This document shows positions 28,908 through 36,803 of a stretch of 64,000 nucleotides of DNA, in pieces (the first letter of the stretch is position 1; every line of letters starts with the position of its first letter). The notes beneath the pieces are model-generated. The model searched no databases, was not told where the DNA came from, and worked only from the letters and a program-made list of their open reading frames with translations. The DNA lies in contig JBNKDU010000124.1 of NCBI GenBank assembly GCA_050288425.1, positions 48,711 to 112,710 on the forward strand. Direction: 5' to 3'. A program made the translations under genes and the position numbers. This stretch comes from Desulfobacteraceae bacterium (GTDB taxonomy: Bacteria; Desulfobacterota; Desulfobacteria; Desulfobacterales; Desulfosarcinaceae).

Positions 28908-29986
28908 GATGGATTGTCTCCCGCGGAGGATGGGTGCCCTCGCCATGAGGACCCCTGATACAGCACGAATCGGATGCCGTTTCGCTTGCGGCCAAAGGTT
29001 TCCAACAACAGCAGGCCCATCAGGCCTCCCATGGTCCCGTACAATACCAGACGCAACATCAGGTTGATGATGTAGATAACCGGATTTTCATCTTTGCCGG
29101 TTTCCGGGTGCACCGCCACGTTGACGAACCAGTCGTTGGTCCGCTGGTGGCACTGCCGGCAGGTGGTCCGCAGATTGTTGGCGTTGATGGAGGCCCGGGG
29201 ATCTTCCTTGGCAAAGATATCGTGCAAGGCATTGCTGGCATGGCAACTGAGGCAATCGGCGGTCCTCTCCGATCCCAGCATGATGGCCTGGCCGTGTATG
29301 CTGCGGGAATAGGTGGCCACTGCTTTCATCGATCTTGGACTCAGCTGGAAAGGCGCCAACAGCCGCTGGTCGGCATGGCAGTCGGCACACAGGCGATCGA
29401 TTTCCACCGGCAAACGCGTGGTTTTTTTGCGCAGGCGGTGGGTGACATGCATGTACGCGCGGGTTACTCCCTCCTGCTGGTGGCAATTGAGGCAGCGTTT
29501 CAACGTCCGTTCGTAAGAGATCCGTTCTTCCAGGGGTCTGGCCAGCAGGGGGTTGAGATGGCAGTATTTGCAGTCCGGTCGGGCCTGGCGCATTTCCGGC
29601 GTATCCTCCGGTTTGGGGGCATGCACGCTGCTGTTGAACAGGTCCGCGATTTTGCGGTGGGAGAAGACATCGTCGGCAAAGGGGGGTCTGACATGGCAGG
29701 CCGTGGCGCAATCGACGTTTTGGCTGATCGGATCGTGGGGTATCTTGCGGATCGAGGTGTGGCACTCGCGGCAACCGACGCTGCGGTGGACGCTATGGGC
29801 GTACATGGTAGGGTCGACATGATAGGTGATCCGCCGGCCCGTTTCATCCATTCTTCCCAGGTACGGGTATTTGTGGCACATCAGGCAGTTCTCCTTGTCC
29901 GCACCGACTGCCCAAACCGGCGAGAAGTTGGATAACAGGCCCCATAGGATTGCCGCAGCGATCGATATTTTGAGACGCGAATCCAT
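28904..29986 (-). CDS. Multiheme c-type cytochrome with C-terminal membrane anchor (7 CxxCH plus 1 Cx3CH; CbcA-like)
   Basis: 360 aa. Signal MDSRLKISIAAAILWGLLSNFSPVWA. Motifs CLMCH, CRECH, CATACH, CKYCH, CLNCH, CADCH, CLSCH, CRQCH. C-terminal TM helix VIYIINLMLRLVLYGTMGGLMGLLLL. Confidence 0.85.
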   Translation of the reverse strand: MDSRLKISIAAAILWGLLSNFSPVWAVGADKENCLMCHKYPYLGRMDETGRRITYHVDPTMYAHSVHRSVGCRECHTSIRKIPHDPISQNVDCATACHVRPPFADDVFSHRKIADLFNSSVHAPKPEDTPEMRQARPDCKYCHLNPLLARPLEERISYERTLKRCLNCHQQEGVTRAYMHVTHRLRKKTTRLPVEIDRLCADCHADQRLLAPFQLSPRSMKAVATYSRSIHGQAIMLGSERTADCLSCHASNALHDIFAKEDPRASINANNLRTTCRQCHQRTNDWFVNVAVHPETGKDENPVIYIINLMLRLVLYGTMGGLMGLLLLETFGRKRNGIRFVLYQGSSWRGHPSSAGDNPS

Positions 29987-30030
29987 GAATTTCGTTCACC
30001 TATCGGTTAATTCATAACCGGTCCGCCCAC

Positions 30031-30954
30031 CTATAAGCGATGGCATTCGATGCACAACCGGCCGGGCAGGCGGTGCCGGTATTTGGAACCGGCACCTTTT
30101 GCGCTGGGCCGTGACGCAGGGATAATGCCTTGGTCGTGGGGGTTGTGGCAGGTGATGCAAGTCAATTTGCCTTCGGCGTCCAACGGCAGAATGATGTCGA
30201 ACTTGGCTTCCATCTTTTTCATGACCCCCAGCATCTTTTCCGAAGGCTTAACCAGGTGGTTGAAATTGCCGGAATGTCTGCCTTCGATTCGATGACACCG
30301 TTGGCAGATCATTTCCAGATCGCCGACATATTCCAGCGAGGCGTACGTGTCGGTTTCGGTGTTCGGCACGGAGGCATGGCAGTAGAGGCAGGTTTGCTCC
30401 TTAATTTCACCGGATTCTAATTTCTGCAGGTGAGGATTAAAGGCCTGGTAAATATCGGGGTTGTGGCAACGAAAGCAAATTCCCGTGCGGTTGGCATAGG
30501 GTGCCCCGCGCACCGAGTTTTTCTCAAAATCCCGCCGCGAGCATTGGTAGTGGATATCGTGGCAGGTCAGGCAGGTGATTTTCCCTTTTTCCAACGGAAA
30601 CTCCCGGGGAATTCTCGCTGCCAGGGCATTGGACGGCACAATCCCCACCGGGTGTACATAACGTTGGGGGTCATGACATTTGCACAGCAGATTGTAGTCC
30701 CCCTTGTATTTGAGCTGGCTATCGCTTTTTCCTGCGGGAACGCGGACGTGACAGGCCTTGCAGTACTGTCCGGTATAATGAAAGGGGCCCTGGGTCCAAC
30801 CGTCCCAGTCTTCTTGCGATGCGGCGTGACAGACTGTCTTGGCGATAAGGATTACCAGGACCAGAGCAACGAGACTCAGCACCCTTCCCATGGTTTGGGG
30901 GATGCTCTTCTCGACTCCGGTGGACCGGTGGAGTATGAGGCGAGAAGGAACCAT
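30031..30954 (-). CDS. Secreted heptahaem c-type cytochrome
   Basis: Motifs CKACH, CLTCH, CFRCH, CLYCH, CQRCH, CITCH, CIECH. Hydrophobic signal GRVLSLVALVLVILIAKTVCHA. The start is uncertain: ATG at 30954 or 30891. The track start at 31083 is TTG and adds an implausible 64-aa extension. Confidence 0.8.
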   Translation of the reverse strand: MVPSRLILHRSTGVEKSIPQTMGRVLSLVALVLVILIAKTVCHAASQEDWDGWTQGPFHYTGQYCKACHVRVPAGKSDSQLKYKGDYNLLCKCHDPQRYVHPVGIVPSNALAARIPREFPLEKGKITCLTCHDIHYQCSRRDFEKNSVRGAPYANRTGICFRCHNPDIYQAFNPHLQKLESGEIKEQTCLYCHASVPNTETDTYASLEYVGDLEMICQRCHRIEGRHSGNFNHLVKPSEKMLGVMKKMEAKFDIILPLDAEGKLTCITCHNPHDQGIIPASRPSAKGAGSKYRHRLPGRLCIECHRL

Positions 30955-31079
30955 CGTCTTTTCAACCCTTCCATCAATCATGGGGTTTGGCAATAGCTTT
31001 CTCCTGATCCTCCTCTCATCGGGAGGCAATTCCTGCAATTGCGCAAAATGCGATAACGCGCATCGTGAAGACGGACAAA

Positions 31080-33362
31080 TCAATTCACCTTATGTTGTCC
31101 AGGGGGCCCTGGACGGCGCCACAGTTCGCGTTTTTCAGTGTCGTGAAAATAGAGATACCGAAACAGACTATCGATACCATGGCAATCCATACAGAGGATT
31201 TCACTGCTCGAGTTGCGCAGGAAACGAAATCGCACTTGCACCGGGTAAGGATCGGCGGGGTGCGGCGCGGCAGCGGGCAAATGTCCGTTGTGGCATGTTG
31301 GACAACCGATATCGCCAACCCGCGTGCGATGTCCGAGATCGTCGAAAACGGGCGTGGACTTTTCCCTGCCCCGGGTGGGGTCTGCATGGCCGGCGACCAA
31401 TTTGCCGGCTGGGTGGCTGGCGATGGCCGGAATTCTTTTCTCGGCTGGTTTGCCCCTGGCGTGGCAGCTGGTGCACAATCCGCCGATGGGATTTACGTTT
31501 TCGGATAGCGGTCCATACTCGCGGGCCCACAGCCGCATGGAGTTGGGGCTGTTGTGGGGCAGATGGCAGGCGCCGCAAAGACCGGAGGATTGAACGGTCT
31601 GGCCCGCCAGGTTAGTCGCTTCCGGCGCTGTGTTTCTCAGGTCGTGGGAGGATCCCGCCATGTTGGCCTGGGCCATGTGGCAACTTTTGCACAGATCCGG
31701 TTCCGGCGCGTTGGCGATGCGCAGAAAGCTGTCGGCGGCCGTGCCCTCGACATTTGCGGAGTATGAATCGGCGTCGGGAGAGGACCGCCGGCTCCAGATA
31801 TGTGGTTCGTGACAGGTCAGGCAGACCATATTCCGGTCGGGATTCCGGTTCCCCTTGTCATCGTACCGCGGCAGGGTCGGGGCGATGTCCCCGCCACCCG
31901 GCCGCAGGGCGGCCAGGGAAACATGGATCGGGTGGTCGTTGCCGCCCACCAGTTTGTTTTTGGCGGATCCCCGGGCGTTATGGCATGAGGTACAAACCTG
32001 GGAGGCCCAATCCTCATCGGCTGTCAGCGGTCTGGCCCACAGGCGTCTCTGCGCGGCGTGATGCGGCACGTGGCAGGTGCTGCAGGGGCCTGCATTCTCC
32101 GGGGTCATCGATAGCGCGTTCTTCTCCAGGGGGGCCGTGATCCCAAGATTGTGGTCGGAGGTGAGCAGAGGTCGTTTGTCCGAGTGGCAGGTGACGCAGA
32201 GCGCGGAAGTGCCGTCGTTGGCTATTCTGAGAAAACTGTTGCCTGCGTCCCCATCCACCTTTACGTCGCCTCCATTGGCGGTGGCGTTCGGGTCCCAGCG
32301 ATGCACGTTATGGCAGGAGAAGCATTGCACGCTTCCGGTGGGTGTTTTGACGCCATTGGCGGAAAACAACGGCAGGTGGACGCCGCCGGCATATCGATCC
32401 TTCGGTCTTACGTTCACCGGATGGTTGTATTGTCCGAGACGTTTGGCTTGCAGTTCGCCATTCTCGCCATGACAGGTGAGGCACATCTGCTTGGCCGGCG
32501 GGTCGCCCGTCAAGGGACGGGCCCAGATTTTATTGCCGGCGGCATGATGGGGTACATGGCAGACGCCGCAGGGGCCTGATTTCACCGGCGTCTGGTGGCG
32601 GATGTTTTTGAGGTTGGGGAACTGCGCGCGCATGTCGTGTCTGGAATTCAGGAGACCGGCCTGCTCCTGGTGGCAGGTCAGACACAACGCGGATTTGGCT
32701 GTGGACGCTGTCAGAGCGCGCTTTCCGTGTGCCTGGTGGCAGGATTGACAGATCATCTCTCCTGCCGGACTGAATTTCGCACCCAGCTCGGCCGCTTTAA
32801 TTCTCGATTGCGCCTTGACGACTCTCAGCACCGGATGGCTGGCGCCCTCCTTTCGGCCGGTCCGGTTTCCGTGACAGGCGACGCACAGCTGGGATTTATC
32901 GTTGTCCATGCGCATGAACGCCGTACTGCCCACCTGGGCACTGTCTTTGAAATCGTGCAGCGTGTGGCAAGTGCCGCAGTAGATCTCGTTGTCGCTGTCC
33001 AGCCGCAGGATATCCGGGAGCTTCAGATTTTCCGGCACCTTCTTGAGCAGATGATGGGGATTGTCGGCCTCCACGGTGAGCCGGCTGTCGACCACATAGC
33101 CGTCATGACAGGTGATGCACATGGATTCGGTGGAGACCAGGCCGGTGGAACCGGCCACCACGATGGGCGATGCGGTTTCGGGCACCAGGGTCGCCTGGTG
33201 GGTCTGAACGGCGTCGAACCACGACACATGGCATAGCAGGCACTCTTTGTCGGCACGTCGGGTCAGGGCCTGGGCCGGCGCCGCCGTGAGCAGCCAGCCG
33301 CAGAGCAGCAAAAGGGACCATGCCCATGAAAGCGTTTTTTTATGGACGTGAATGGGGATCAT
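31080..33362 (-). CDS. Giant modular multiheme c-type cytochrome (18 CxxCH), paralogue of 23313-26057
   Basis: 760 aa; signal LSWAWSLLLLCGWLLTAAPAQA; GAAGGAAG SD. 18 CxxCH: the same 6-haem N-terminal region plus three 4-haem modules. C-terminus CMDCHGIDSLFRYLYFHD matches the paralogue. Confidence 0.9.
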   Translation of the reverse strand: MIPIHVHKKTLSWAWSLLLLCGWLLTAAPAQALTRRADKECLLCHVSWFDAVQTHQATLVPETASPIVVAGSTGLVSTESMCITCHDGYVVDSRLTVEADNPHHLLKKVPENLKLPDILRLDSDNEIYCGTCHTLHDFKDSAQVGSTAFMRMDNDKSQLCVACHGNRTGRKEGASHPVLRVVKAQSRIKAAELGAKFSPAGEMICQSCHQAHGKRALTASTAKSALCLTCHQEQAGLLNSRHDMRAQFPNLKNIRHQTPVKSGPCGVCHVPHHAAGNKIWARPLTGDPPAKQMCLTCHGENGELQAKRLGQYNHPVNVRPKDRYAGGVHLPLFSANGVKTPTGSVQCFSCHNVHRWDPNATANGGDVKVDGDAGNSFLRIANDGTSALCVTCHSDKRPLLTSDHNLGITAPLEKNALSMTPENAGPCSTCHVPHHAAQRRLWARPLTADEDWASQVCTSCHNARGSAKNKLVGGNDHPIHVSLAALRPGGGDIAPTLPRYDDKGNRNPDRNMVCLTCHEPHIWSRRSSPDADSYSANVEGTAADSFLRIANAPEPDLCKSCHMAQANMAGSSHDLRNTAPEATNLAGQTVQSSGLCGACHLPHNSPNSMRLWAREYGPLSENVNPIGGLCTSCHARGKPAEKRIPAIASHPAGKLVAGHADPTRGREKSTPVFDDLGHRTRVGDIGCPTCHNGHLPAAAPHPADPYPVQVRFRFLRNSSSEILCMDCHGIDSLFRYLYFHDTEKRELWRRPGPPGQHKVN

Positions 33363-33368
33363 CTTCCT

Positions 33369-34316
33369 TCACTGCAACGCATACACACTGACCATGTTCA
33401 GCGTCGATTGGACGACATAGAGCCGCTTATCCGAGTCGATGGCAATTCCCAGCGGTGTGACCAGCCGCAGGTGGCCGGGGCCGTCCGGCGAAGCCAATAT
33501 GCCACGGAACCGTCCCGTGGGTTCGAACACCTGAATCACTCCGGTGTAGCTGTCGGATATGTAGACGCCGCCGTCGCCGTCCAGGGCGATCCCTTTGGGG
33601 CGATAGAGCTGGCCGGGCAGCACGCCCAGTTGCGAGATTTGCCGCGGGTTCCCGCCGCCGGCATCGAACACCTGGACACGTCCGTTCAAAATATCGACGA
33701 CATAGAGATCGTCGCCGTCACGGGCGGCCATCATGCCGGGGAACCGCAGTTGTCCTTTCTGGTTTCCCATGCGGCCCCATCGGGCCGTCAGACTGCCGTC
33801 GGCCGCAAATACCATCACCTGGTGGTTGCGGGCGTCGCTGACGTAGATCCGCTTACCGCCCTGCCGGGCTTCCACCTCCACCGGCCGCGATTGCCAGGGT
33901 TTCAGGTCGATCTGGCGCTGGAACTTGCCGGTGCGGCCGAAAATCTGGATGCGCTGGTTCCCGGTATCCGCCACGTAGATCCGGCCCGCTTCGTCGATAT
34001 CGATGCCCACGGGGCTGTGGAATTGGCCCGCCTCCCGGCCCTGGCGGCCGATGGCGCCGATGTAGCGCCATTTGGCGTCGAACATTTTGACCTGGTGGTT
34101 GGCGCCGTCCAGCACATAGAGCCGGCTGTCCGGACCCACGGCGACTTCCGTGGGTTGATTGAAATCCTGTCGGATATCGGCGAGATGTTTCACCTGGATG
34201 GGTCGAACGGTTTCGCCGACGGCCGGCTGGGCAGTGGCGATGCCCGCACCGCCGATGGTCAGGCAAAGCCAGACCCACAAACCCGAGGTGATCTTGGCAA
34301 GACGGTTTTCGATCAT
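33369..34316 (-). CDS. NHL-repeat six-bladed beta-propeller protein (secreted)
   Basis: 315 aa. The ATG overlaps the upstream gene's stop (ATGA). Signal SGLWVWLCLTIGGAGIATA. Blades include RLYVLDGANHQVKMFD, RIYVADTGNQRIQIFG, RIYVSDARNHQVMVFA, DLYVVDILNGRVQVFD, GVYISDSYTGVIQVFE, RLYVVQSTLNMVSVY. Confidence 0.85.
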   Translation of the reverse strand: MIENRLAKITSGLWVWLCLTIGGAGIATAQPAVGETVRPIQVKHLADIRQDFNQPTEVAVGPDSRLYVLDGANHQVKMFDAKWRYIGAIGRQGREAGQFHSPVGIDIDEAGRIYVADTGNQRIQIFGRTGKFQRQIDLKPWQSRPVEVEARQGGKRIYVSDARNHQVMVFAADGSLTARWGRMGNQKGQLRFPGMMAARDGDDLYVVDILNGRVQVFDAGGGNPRQISQLGVLPGQLYRPKGIALDGDGGVYISDSYTGVIQVFEPTGRFRGILASPDGPGHLRLVTPLGIAIDSDKRLYVVQSTLNMVSVYALQ

Positions 34317-35284
34317 CGATTCTTGTCCGAAGTCGCCCGCGGCGGCATCCCGGTTTTCTGGCCGGCCGCCGACTCGATTTGCTCTTTCAGCCTGGAGATG
34401 ATCCGGTTCACACTGTCCCGGTTCGCCGGGTCCGTATCGAACAGGCCCGGCTCGAGCGCCTGTTTCACCTTCTCGCGGATCTGGTTGTTGCGGATCCCGA
34501 AGGCCATGGAAATGATGATGGAGTTTTGTTCCTCTTCTCTCCGGGAGGCCAGGTGGGAGACAAACACCTTGGGAGCGGTGAGAAACATGTCCACGAACAT
34601 ATGCGATAAATACTCGGCGGGAAAACCATAGGCGTTGGTGGAATAATCGAACAATGCCTGGAGGATGGTTTCGTCCTGCCGGTAGGCGAACAGGTCTGCC
34701 AGGTAGGAGAGAAAGTTCATGATATCGATGATCGCCTGGGAGGCCTCCACCGCCTGGGTCGGGTCCGCATTGCCGTCGTATTGCGGCAGAACCCGCAGCA
34801 GGAAGTCGCGGTTTTGTTCGTACCGGAACCCCCGTCTGGCCGCCATGAAGGCCAGCAGCGCCTTCTCCCGGTTCTCCCAGCCGCTTTGTTGGTTCAGGTT
34901 GTCGATCAGTCGATTGGCCACCGGCAGGTCGTGCTCGTCCAGCAGGCGCAAGGCGTCGCAGATGGTTTCCGTGCGGGTAAAGTAGTCGAATCGCGTGCGG
35001 GCGTGGATGGCGTCGCGGTCTTTTAGGATCTTCTGCAGCACATCGATGCGGTTCTTGGTGTCGAAACGCATGCCGATGTTGTCCAGGGCGATGATATCGG
35101 TGCGGTCCAGGGGGTAGCCGATCTTGATCAGGTTTCGAATCAAATTGCGGGTGTTGTAGTTCTGGGCCTGCGCTTCAGGGGGTACGATGCCGGACAGGGC
35201 GATCGTGAACAGCACCACCGCGCAGGCGATGGCGGCGGGCAGAAGCATGAGCCTCCGGTTCCGGACGTCGTGGATCCGGCCCAT
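34313..35284 (-). CDS. Hypothetical exported or membrane-anchored protein, no recognisable family
   Basis: ATG at 35284, preceded by GAGGGA; the track start at 35308 is TTG. N-terminal hydrophobic segment LMLLPAAIACAVVLFTIALSG, then about 300 aa of apparently helical, haem-motif-free sequence. Translationally coupled to the downstream NHL gene. Confidence 0.55.
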   Translation of the reverse strand: MGRIHDVRNRRLMLLPAAIACAVVLFTIALSGIVPPEAQAQNYNTRNLIRNLIKIGYPLDRTDIIALDNIGMRFDTKNRIDVLQKILKDRDAIHARTRFDYFTRTETICDALRLLDEHDLPVANRLIDNLNQQSGWENREKALLAFMAARRGFRYEQNRDFLLRVLPQYDGNADPTQAVEASQAIIDIMNFLSYLADLFAYRQDETILQALFDYSTNAYGFPAEYLSHMFVDMFLTAPKVFVSHLASRREEEQNSIIISMAFGIRNNQIREKVKQALEPGLFDTDPANRDSVNRIISRLKEQIESAAGQKTGMPPRATSDKNR

Positions 35285-35304
35285 GGTTTCCCTCGTATCG
35301 GAAT

Positions 35305-36726
35305 TCAATCGATACCCCCCGCCGATGGCCGCTCCCTATATTGCGGTTCGTGATACCCGCGCTCGCTCAGGAACCCCTTGGCCTTGCGTCCGAGGATCTT
35401 CCTGACTTCGGGGATGAATTCCAGGTAGTAACGATCGGCCACCTCCTGCAGCCCCTTGCTCCAGGCGTAGGCGGGGCCCATCATGGCGGCGCCGTGCCGG
35501 GCCCGCCGTCCCTCGTGGTATACCAGCTTCACATAGATTCTGTCCAATGGCTCGTCATGGAAACCGGCGGTGGACTTGCCCTGTTTGATCAGGTCGTCAC
35601 GAATCCGGGTCGCCGGCTCGGCAATGGTTTGGTTGTAGCGTTCGACGAAGTCGTCGAATTGGGTGTAGAACTGCTTGATGAAATCGTCGGCGTGGCATTG
35701 CCGACAGACATGTTGCATGGTTTTCCGCCGCGACTCCCAGTTCTCCTGTTTGAAGGCGATGGGTTTGCGCAGGTTCCACGACAATCGCAGACCGACATCG
35801 TGGTTGACACCCAGATCGATTCTCTTGTCGGCTTGCGGCGGGGGCAGCAGTGCTTTATACACCTCGTTGTCCGTTCCGGACAATACCGTCTTCAATGCTT
35901 CCTCCAACCGACGGTCGGCATCCTTGACGTCCCGTTGGGGCGGCACATCGCCCATGTGACAGCCGGCGCAGGTCGGACCGTGGAAGTAATCCACTCCGGC
36001 CCGCCAGCGGCGGCGGTCCATGTTCAGGCGATCCTGGTAGGCGGCATAGGTCATGCCGTGCTTGCTGCCCCGGTAGATCTCGATGTGCGGGTTTTCCGGT
36101 CCGTTGTGGCAGCGGCCGCAGGTATCCGGCCTGCGGGACTGCTCCGTGGAGAAGAGATGGCGGGGATGGCATGCGGTGCAGGCCCCCTTGCTGCCGTCCA
36201 GATTGATCCTGCCGATGCCCGTGTTGGGCCAAGTGTCGGGGTCCAGCCGTCCGCTGCCGTCCTTTTGCAATTTGACCACCGTGCCGTGGCAGGCTTCGCA
36301 GCCTTTGTACTGGTCTTCGATGCCCCACATGGCCTGTCCCAGAAAATTGTCGATGCTTTCGAGGGTCTGAATGGCATCGGCGTGATGGGAGTTGGTGTAT
36401 TGACCGTATTCCTTCTCATGGCACTGGCCGCAGTCCTTGGGGGTGGGTACGATGGCGATGCGCTCCTTGTGTTCGTATCCGTCGGCGTCCTCGGCGCCGG
36501 CCTTGTGGCAGTCGTAGCAATTGACACCGGCCTGACCCATGGCGCTCTGGTTCCACTGGTTGTAAATTCCCGGCGTGACTTCGCGGTGACATACCACGCA
36601 GACATCTCCCCTGGAATCGCCGTACTTGTCCGGGGGGACATAATAGGCTTCCGCGATACCGGTACAGAACAGGCACACGGTCAAAACGAGAAGTAGTGCT
36701 TTCCAGCAAGATTCTGATTGCGGCAT
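35305..36726 (-). CDS. Octahaem c-type cytochrome of the hydroxylamine-oxidoreductase (HAO) family
   Basis: ATG at 36726, preceded by AAGGAG; signal CWKALLLVLTVCLFCTGIAEA. 8 CxxCH. Stretches colinear with HAO as I remember the Nitrosomonas sequence: CTACHPRHLFSTEQSRRPDTCGRCHNGPENPHIEIYRGSKHG, GPTCAGCHMG, CRQCHADDFIKQFY. Confidence 0.8.
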   Translation of the reverse strand: MPQSESCWKALLLVLTVCLFCTGIAEAYYVPPDKYGDSRGDVCVVCHREVTPGIYNQWNQSAMGQAGVNCYDCHKAGAEDADGYEHKERIAIVPTPKDCGQCHEKEYGQYTNSHHADAIQTLESIDNFLGQAMWGIEDQYKGCEACHGTVVKLQKDGSGRLDPDTWPNTGIGRINLDGSKGACTACHPRHLFSTEQSRRPDTCGRCHNGPENPHIEIYRGSKHGMTYAAYQDRLNMDRRRWRAGVDYFHGPTCAGCHMGDVPPQRDVKDADRRLEEALKTVLSGTDNEVYKALLPPPQADKRIDLGVNHDVGLRLSWNLRKPIAFKQENWESRRKTMQHVCRQCHADDFIKQFYTQFDDFVERYNQTIAEPATRIRDDLIKQGKSTAGFHDEPLDRIYVKLVYHEGRRARHGAAMMGPAYAWSKGLQEVADRYYLEFIPEVRKILGRKAKGFLSERGYHEPQYRERPSAGGID

Positions 36727-36803
36727 GACGGCTCCTTTCCCCAACCCCTCGGCAAGCGCTCTGTCCATGGCCCGTTTGCCATCCTTCTTATGCGGCGTTC
36801 GGG

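Noticed and set aside
30031-30954. A possible eighth haem site, LLCKCHD (C-K-C-H), in the heptahaem cytochrome
   Set aside because: A CxCH spacing is not an established haem c attachment motif. It is counted as zero and mentioned only so that a structural check can revisit it.
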